64,000 nucleotides of DNA from Poseidonibacter sp. (lineage in GTDB: Bacteria; Campylobacterota; Campylobacteria; Campylobacterales; Arcobacteraceae): assembly GCF_041821165.1 (NCBI RefSeq), contig NZ_JBGUES010000001.1, positions 3,901 through 67,900 of the forward strand, given 5' to 3'. The notes below the pieces were generated by a model. It was not told the origin of the DNA and did no database searches. It saw only the letters and a program-made list of their open reading frames with translations. Within the stretch, counting starts at the first letter, position 1, and each line of letters opens with the position of its first letter. A program made the translations under genes and the position numbers. Positions 58,459 through 64,000 of this stretch are shown piece after piece.

Positions 58459-60042
58459 TTAAATTTGTGCATAAGAAACAGAAATAGCTGCTTCTAAATT
58501 TTCAAGATTTTTTAACACTTCAGTAGATATTTTTTCATCAACTAAAATAACAGCTAAAGCGCCATCTTTTCCTCTTGATAATCTAAAGTCAGCAATATTA
58601 ATATTATTGTTTCCTAAGATTTTTCCAACTTCTCCAATAACACCAGGAATGTCATTGTTTCTCATAATAACCATTTTACCTTTTGGTTCAATGTCTAATG
58701 AGAAGTTATTGATTTCAACTATTCTTTGAACATCATCATTAAATACAGTACCAGAAATAGTTTGAACACCATTTGCTGTAGTTAATTTAATAGATATCTT
58801 ATTTTGGTATCCACTATGATTAGAATATTCTGAAGTAGTTAATTCAATATTTTTTTCTTCTGCAACAAAACTTGCATTTACATAATTAATTTCATCACCA
58901 GATGAAACAGCTAATGCTCCAACTGTAGCAAATGTAAGAATAGAATCTAAGTATTCAGAAATTTCACCTTCTGCTGATACATTAATAGATCTAATTTCGC
59001 TTTTATCACTTTGTGCAATTAAGAATGCCATTTTTTGAGTTAATTCAATATATGGTTTTACAAAAGATGGAATCTTAGATTCATCAATTGGTAAGTTTAA
59101 TGCATTTGGATAAGCTATTCCACGTGCAGATTCAATTGCATTTTCAGCAGCTTGAATAGCAATTTGTTTTTGTGATTCTTTTGTATTTGCACCTAAGTGT
59201 GCAGTTACAGTAATATTTGGTAAATCTAATAATGGGTGATCAATTGCAGGTTCTTTGATAAATACATCAATACCAGCCATTGCAATTTTTCCAGATTTAA
59301 GATTGTTATATAATGCATCTTCATTATATAAACCACCTCTAGCACAGTTAATTAAAACTACACCATCTTTCATTTTAGCAATTTCTTCTTCGCCAATCAT
59401 ATTGATTGTTTCTTGATTTTTTGGTGTATGAATAGTGATGATATCACATTTAAGAATATCTTCAAAATTGTTTGTATATCCAATACCTAAATCAGTTGCT
59501 TTTGTTGAAGGAATATATGGGTCGTAAGTTACTACGTCCATTTCAAATGATTTAGCTCTTAGCGCAACTCTATGTCCGATGTTACCAAAACCAATAACAC
59601 CTAATTTTTTACCATAAAGTTCATTACCATACCAGTCTTCTCTCTTCCATACTCTATCAACTTTAAGTTGATTATGTGCATAAGGAAATTTTCTCATACA
59701 AGATAACATATGAGCCATTGTTAATTCTACTGCTGCTATAGTATTTGCTGTTGGAACGTTCATAGCAATGATTCCTCTTTTGCTACAACCTTCCATATCA
59801 ACGTTATCATAACCAACACCAGCTCTAATAATAGCTTTTAAGTTAACTGCTGCATCTAAAAACTTTTCATCAACATCAGTTGAAGATCTAGTAATTGCTA
59901 CATCAGCATCTTTAATTACATTTAAAAGTTCAGTTTTATCAATATCTGCTGCATATACATAATTAACATCTTCAGTATTTTGTAAGATATTTAATCCGTC
60001 TTCATGTATATGATCACAAACTACGATTGTGTGTTTACTCAT
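58459..60042 (-). CDS. serA: D-3-phosphoglycerate dehydrogenase (long form with ASB + ACT domains)
   Basis: 527 aa. GVIGFGNIGHRVA NAD motif, catalytic H context TAHLGA, C-terminal ACT-like region. Confidence 0.94.
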   Translation of the reverse strand: MSKHTIVVCDHIHEDGLNILQNTEDVNYVYAADIDKTELLNVIKDADVAITRSSTDVDEKFLDAAVNLKAIIRAGVGYDNVDMEGCSKRGIIAMNVPTANTIAAVELTMAHMLSCMRKFPYAHNQLKVDRVWKREDWYGNELYGKKLGVIGFGNIGHRVALRAKSFEMDVVTYDPYIPSTKATDLGIGYTNNFEDILKCDIITIHTPKNQETINMIGEEEIAKMKDGVVLINCARGGLYNEDALYNNLKSGKIAMAGIDVFIKEPAIDHPLLDLPNITVTAHLGANTKESQKQIAIQAAENAIESARGIAYPNALNLPIDESKIPSFVKPYIELTQKMAFLIAQSDKSEIRSINVSAEGEISEYLDSILTFATVGALAVSSGDEINYVNASFVAEEKNIELTTSEYSNHSGYQNKISIKLTTANGVQTISGTVFNDDVQRIVEINNFSLDIEPKGKMVIMRNNDIPGVIGEVGKILGNNNINIADFRLSRGKDGALAVILVDEKISTEVLKNLENLEAAISVSYAQI

Positions 60043-60055
60043 TTTAAATTAATCC

Positions 60056-61711
60056 CTAATTTTTAATTTGGTCTTTTAATATATCACCTAAAGTCATTGA
60101 TGAAGTGTCATTAACAGCTTTTAGAACTTCTCTTTCTTGTTGTTGTTCTAATCTTTTAACTGATAATCTAACTCTATTTCTTTTAGTATCAATATTTACA
60201 ACTACAGCTTCAATCTCATCACCATTTTTAACTTCTTCAACTTCTAAAGGACCAAAATCTTCATTTCTAATTAATCCATCTAAATTATTTTCTAATTTAA
60301 TGAATACACCGAAATCTTTTGCATCTTTTACAGTTCCTTTAACGATATCACCAATTTTGTGAGCGTCTTGGAATTTTTTAGCTGGAGAATCAGCAATTTC
60401 TTTAATAGATAAAGAGATATTTTCTTTTTCTCTATCAATTTTGATGATTTTAACTTCTACATCATCACCTTTTTTGAATAATGTTTTACATTTTGCGTTA
60501 GTTTCCCAAGAAGCTTCTTCATTATGTAATAATCCATCAACATCACCAATAGTAACAAATGCACCAAAGTCAGTTAAAGTAGCAATTTTACCAGAAATCA
60601 CATCACCAACATTATGTTCTTTTGTGAATTTAGCAAATGGTTTTTCTTGTAAGTTTTTTAATGAAACTCTTAATCTCTTAGCATCAACATTTAATTCGAT
60701 AACTTCAACATTAATTTCTTCACCTAAAGTTAATAATTCTTTTGGGTTTTTAATGTTTTTATTCCATGAAATTTCAGAAATATGTAATAAACCTTCAATA
60801 TCATTTCCTAAATCAACAAATGCACCATAAGATTCAAAGTTAGAAACAGTTACAGTAATTGTATCACCAACTTCTAATTCGTCTTTAATTTCTTCCCAAG
60901 GATTAGAAAGTGCAGCTTTAATTGATAATGATAAGTGTTGTTTTGCTTTGTCATAAGATAATACAATAACAGTAACTTCGTCACCTTCATTATAATAGTT
61001 AGCAGGATTTACAGGACCTTTGTAAGAGATTTCATTGTAGTTAACTAAACCATCAATTCCACCTAAATCAACAAACATTCCGTAAGAAGTAATTTTTTTA
61101 ATGATACCGTTAACTGGTTCTTTCTTCTCTAAGATTTCAGCAACTCTTGTATCTTTAATAGCTTTACCTTCTTCAATTAATTTCTTTCTAGAAACAATAA
61201 TTGAATTTTGTGCAGCATTAACTTTTAATACTTTAGCTTTTACAGTTTTACCAACAGCACCAATTGCTTTTAAGTAAGACTGAGCCATAGGCATGAAATA
61301 TTCACAACCTTCTTCATCTTCAATAATAAATCCACCTCTTTGTTTTACAGAAATGATTTTACCTTCGATTGTAACGTCTTCAACGTTTTCACCATGTTTT
61401 TCAACAAAAGCATCAAATTTAATTTTTTGAAGTACTTTTTTATGTGAAATATTTGGTCTTTCACCTCTATTACCCATTAACATAACAGGAATAGTATCAC
61501 CAGTTTTATATTTTACTTCACCATTTACAGTGATTTCAGATAAATATAACTGACCTTCAACTTTTTGACCAACATCAACTAAAACTCTATCACCAGAGAT
61601 TTCAACAATTACACCATCAACTACAGAGTTATTCTCAGCATTCTCAAAAGACTCATTAAGCATTTGCTCAAAATCAAAGTCTTCACCTAAATCAATATCT
61701 TCGATACCCAT
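60056..61711 (-). CDS. rpsA: 30S ribosomal protein S1
   Basis: 551 aa with six repeated S1 (OB) motifs, e.g. GFIIEDEE.., YGMFVDLGG.., YGAFVDLGN.., FGAFVTIGD.., FGVFIKLEN. Confidence 0.96.
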   Translation of the reverse strand: MGIEDIDLGEDFDFEQMLNESFENAENNSVVDGVIVEISGDRVLVDVGQKVEGQLYLSEITVNGEVKYKTGDTIPVMLMGNRGERPNISHKKVLQKIKFDAFVEKHGENVEDVTIEGKIISVKQRGGFIIEDEEGCEYFMPMAQSYLKAIGAVGKTVKAKVLKVNAAQNSIIVSRKKLIEEGKAIKDTRVAEILEKKEPVNGIIKKITSYGMFVDLGGIDGLVNYNEISYKGPVNPANYYNEGDEVTVIVLSYDKAKQHLSLSIKAALSNPWEEIKDELEVGDTITVTVSNFESYGAFVDLGNDIEGLLHISEISWNKNIKNPKELLTLGEEINVEVIELNVDAKRLRVSLKNLQEKPFAKFTKEHNVGDVISGKIATLTDFGAFVTIGDVDGLLHNEEASWETNAKCKTLFKKGDDVEVKIIKIDREKENISLSIKEIADSPAKKFQDAHKIGDIVKGTVKDAKDFGVFIKLENNLDGLIRNEDFGPLEVEEVKNGDEIEAVVVNIDTKRNRVRLSVKRLEQQQEREVLKAVNDTSSMTLGDILKDQIKN

Positions 61712-61774
61712 TTTATTCCTTCATATTACCGTTTTATTAAATAGCAATATTATATAATAAGAAGGCTTAATTAT

Positions 61775-62611
61775 CTATTTATATGATTCAATTTTTTCAA
61801 TAACTTGTTGGATAATCCAGTCCGGAGTCGATGCACCCGCTGTTACACCACATATTTTTTTATTCAAAAACCATTTAGAATCTAGCTCAGATTCATTTTC
61901 TATTAGATATGAATCATCACAGTTCTCTTTACAAATTGAGTGAAGTTGTTTGGTATTTGATGAGTTTTTTCCACCAATTACTATCATTAAATCTACTTCT
62001 TTTGATAAATCTCTTGCTGCATCTTGGTTTTCAAATGTTGCATCACAAATTGTATTAAAGACTCTAACTTCTTTGTTTTTTAAAATTAAAGTATTTACAA
62101 TTTCAAGATATTTTTCTTTCTTTTTAGTAGTTTGCGCAACTGTAGCAATTTTATTATTTTTAAAAATAATTTTATCTAAATCAATTGGTTCTAACACAAT
62201 ATGTACATCATTTTGGTCTTCTCCATATGATTGAACACCTTTAACTTCTGGATGCTGACTATCTCCAAATATTAAGATTGAATAACCTTCTTTTGACATT
62301 TTTTTTACAATTTGCTGTGGTGTTGTAACAAATGGACAGGTTGCATTAATTACTTTCGCATTTTGTGCTTTTAAATCTCTTAAGTCATTTTTAGGAATAC
62401 CATGAGTTCTAATAATTACAGTATCATTATCTTTTACATCACTTAAGTTTTCATATAAACCAACATTAAAATTTGTTTTTAATCTATTGATTTCATCTTG
62501 ATTATGAATTAAAGGACCCATTGTTGAAGAGTTTTTATAATCTTCTGCAATTTTAATTGCTCTTTTAACTCCAAAACAAAAGCCATAGTTTGAGGCTAAT
62601 TTTACTAACAT
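61775..62611 (-). CDS. ispH: 4-hydroxy-3-methylbut-2-enyl diphosphate reductase
   Basis: 278 aa. GFCFGVKRAI, ATCPFV, NTICDAT (three Cys ligands). Confidence 0.95.
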   Translation of the reverse strand: MLVKLASNYGFCFGVKRAIKIAEDYKNSSTMGPLIHNQDEINRLKTNFNVGLYENLSDVKDNDTVIIRTHGIPKNDLRDLKAQNAKVINATCPFVTTPQQIVKKMSKEGYSILIFGDSQHPEVKGVQSYGEDQNDVHIVLEPIDLDKIIFKNNKIATVAQTTKKKEKYLEIVNTLILKNKEVRVFNTICDATFENQDAARDLSKEVDLMIVIGGKNSSNTKQLHSICKENCDDSYLIENESELDSKWFLNKKICGVTAGASTPDWIIQQVIEKIESYK

Positions 62612-62620
62612 TGAATACCT

Positions 62621-63901
62621 TTATTTATATAAAGAGTCTAAAAGCTCTTTAAAATTAGGAAATGAAGTATCAATACATTGTGTATCTACAATATTCATAT
62701 CACAAACTAATCCAGCAACTGCAAAACTCATAGCAATTCTATGATCACCACTTGAATTTATTGTTGCTTTATTAATTGTTCCACCTGTTATTTCGTAACC
62801 ATCTTCATATTCAATATAATCAACACCACAAAGTTTTAAGTTATCTACTACAGCAGAAATTCTATCTGATTCTTTAACTCTTAATTCTTTTGCATTACAT
62901 ACTTTTGATTTTCCATTTGCTAAACTCATTGCTATTGAAAGAGCAGGTAATTCATCAATTAACCATGAAATATTATCTTTTACTTCAACTGCATTTAGTT
63001 GATTATAAATAACTTCAATATCACCAATTGGTTCATATATATTTTCTTTTTCAATAAAGTTTACAGTTACACCCATTCGTTTTAAGACATGATATGCTTC
63101 AATTCTTGTAGGATTTAAAGTAACATTTTTTATCAATACTCTTGAATTTGGAGTAATAGCAGCAGCAACTGCAAAGAAAAATGCTGAAGAAGGATCAGTT
63201 GGAACTGTTATATTTAAAGGTTTAAGCATACTTGTTAATGGATGAATATTAATAAATCCTTCATCATCATTTTCAAGTTTTGCACCCATACCTTTTAACA
63301 TTCGTTCTGTATGATCTCTTGTTAGTTCATTTTCTTTATATTTTGAAATACCAGTTGCTCTAAGAGCTGCTAAAATCATTGCAGATTTAACTTGTGCTGA
63401 ATCCACAGGTGATATATAAGAAAAAGGCTTTAATTCCTTTACTCCTCTTATAAATAATGGAGCTTTATTTCCATCTTCTCTACCATCTATATTAGCACCA
63501 ATTGATCTTAAAGGATCTGCAACTCTTTTCATTGGTCTTTCTCTTAGGTATTTATCACCTGTTAAAGTAAATGCACCATCAACCGAAGCTAATAAACCAC
63601 AAAATAATCTCATTGCAGTTCCTGAGTTACCACAATCTAAAACATCTTTTGGCTCAGTTAATTTAGAAGTTGGAGTAATTTCAACAGAAGAACCATCTCT
63701 TTTTATTATTGCACCAAGTTGTTCAACAATACTTAGTGTATTTAATGTATCTTCAGCTGTTAAATAGTTTTTAATATACGATGTTTTATCTGAAAAAAGT
63801 GAAAACATTGCACATCTATGAGATATTGATTTATCACTAGCAATTGAGTCAATCTCTACATCAAATGCTTTGTCTAATTTTTTTATACTAAACTTTTCCA
63901 C
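62621..63901 (-). CDS. aroA: 3-phosphoshikimate 1-carboxyvinyltransferase
   Basis: 426 aa. [30 protein letters not shown]. Confidence 0.96.
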   Translation of the reverse strand: MEKFSIKKLDKAFDVEIDSIASDKSISHRCAMFSLFSDKTSYIKNYLTAEDTLNTLSIVEQLGAIIKRDGSSVEITPTSKLTEPKDVLDCGNSGTAMRLFCGLLASVDGAFTLTGDKYLRERPMKRVADPLRSIGANIDGREDGNKAPLFIRGVKELKPFSYISPVDSAQVKSAMILAALRATGISKYKENELTRDHTERMLKGMGAKLENDDEGFINIHPLTSMLKPLNITVPTDPSSAFFFAVAAAITPNSRVLIKNVTLNPTRIEAYHVLKRMGVTVNFIEKENIYEPIGDIEVIYNQLNAVEVKDNISWLIDELPALSIAMSLANGKSKVCNAKELRVKESDRISAVVDNLKLCGVDYIEYEDGYEITGGTINKATINSSGDHRIAMSFAVAGLVCDMNIVDTQCIDTSFPNFKELLDSLYK

Positions 63902-63921
63902 TTTTTTCCTTTAATATTAGA

Positions 63922-64000
63922 TTATTGTCTTAATCCAATTGATAATTTTGATTCTAATGCTTCAAGAATATTATTCATTGATGCTGTTATATCTTCTTCT
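63922..64000 (-). CDS. pheT: 3' end of a gene running into the window, probably phenylalanine--tRNA ligase beta subunit
   Basis: Hand translation gives ...EEDITASMNNILEALESKLSIGLRQ* with TAA at 63922-63924. The identity is inferred from the C-terminal flavour and the remembered Campylobacter order pheT-aroA-ispH-rpsA. Only 25 codons are visible. Confidence 0.45.
   Translation of the reverse strand, partial: EEDITASMNNILEALESKLSIGLRQ

Noticed and set aside
60105-60830. Antisense ORFs (85 and 129 aa) within rpsA. Similar ones occur at 31186-31446, 33105-33326, 34070-34303, 36705-36896, 37680-37964, 39904-40230, 42428-42625, 42939-43271, 46139-46357, 47998-48183, 48546-48734, 51371-51568, 53613-53801, 56409-56633, 57040-57234 and 61950-62234.
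   Set aside because: They have Ser/Leu/Phe-rich mirror-frame composition opposite highly conserved genes, and there is no independent evidence for them.
1-64000. Searched for CRISPR arrays, tRNA/rRNA genes, IS elements, integrases, prophage or known defence-system genes
   Set aside because: No regularly spaced repeats were seen. No intergenic stretch is long or GC-rich enough for a tRNA or rRNA. No ORF has transposase, integrase, reverse-transcriptase or restriction-type motifs. This was a by-eye scan only, so tRNAscan, Infernal and a defence-system HMM scan (DefenseFinder/PADLOC) should confirm it.

Overview
This is a very AT-rich chromosomal segment. Gene content and order point to Campylobacterota, probably an Arcobacter-like genome; that is an inference from protein motifs and synteny remembered from Campylobacter and Helicobacter, and no search was run. 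I support about 65 protein-coding genes. I found no rRNA, tRNA, CRISPR array, transposase or integrase.

Most of the window (about 12.3-64 kb) is tightly packed core metabolism and translation:
- alaS, trxA, trxB, dapB, purF
- a PcrA/UvrD-type helicase, then truB-ispE-smpB
- the cbb3 oxidase operon ccoNOQP plus four short accessory ORFs and an AddB-like nuclease
- two paralogous porins flanking prfB and a cytochrome c
- folB-plsY, nadAC, an M23 peptidase followed by lpxC, thrB
- ylxR-infB-rbfA-rimP, ribD, efp
- serA, rpsA, ispH, aroA and the 3' end of pheT

The accessory-looking part is the first 12 kb:
- an efflux adaptor gene next to a 7TM histidine kinase and response regulator
- an EamA transporter coupled to an unassignable 427-aa permease
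- a roughly 400-nt gene-free stretch ending in a strong intrinsic terminator and carrying a C/U-rich motif (candidate orphan sRNA or small-peptide locus)
- an NlpC/P60 lipoprotein and a divergent orphan lipoprotein
- a Gtr-like three-gene polyprenyl-phosphate-sugar glycosylation module (GT-C-like, GtrB-like, GtrA-like) converging on an LtaS/OpgB-like sulfatase-family transferase

Other items worth a second look:
- a histidine kinase whose periplasmic sensor looks like an ABC substrate-binding domain
- a LysR regulator followed by a GNAT + nitrilase fusion gene
- an unlisted 30-aa ORF in the cco accessory block
- the apparent absence of csrA from the truB-ispE-smpB block
- several short repeat or palindrome motifs in promoter regions

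I see no recognisable defence system, and I cannot claim a definitively novel system from sequence alone. The best candidates are the envelope-glycan module and the orphan transcript locus.
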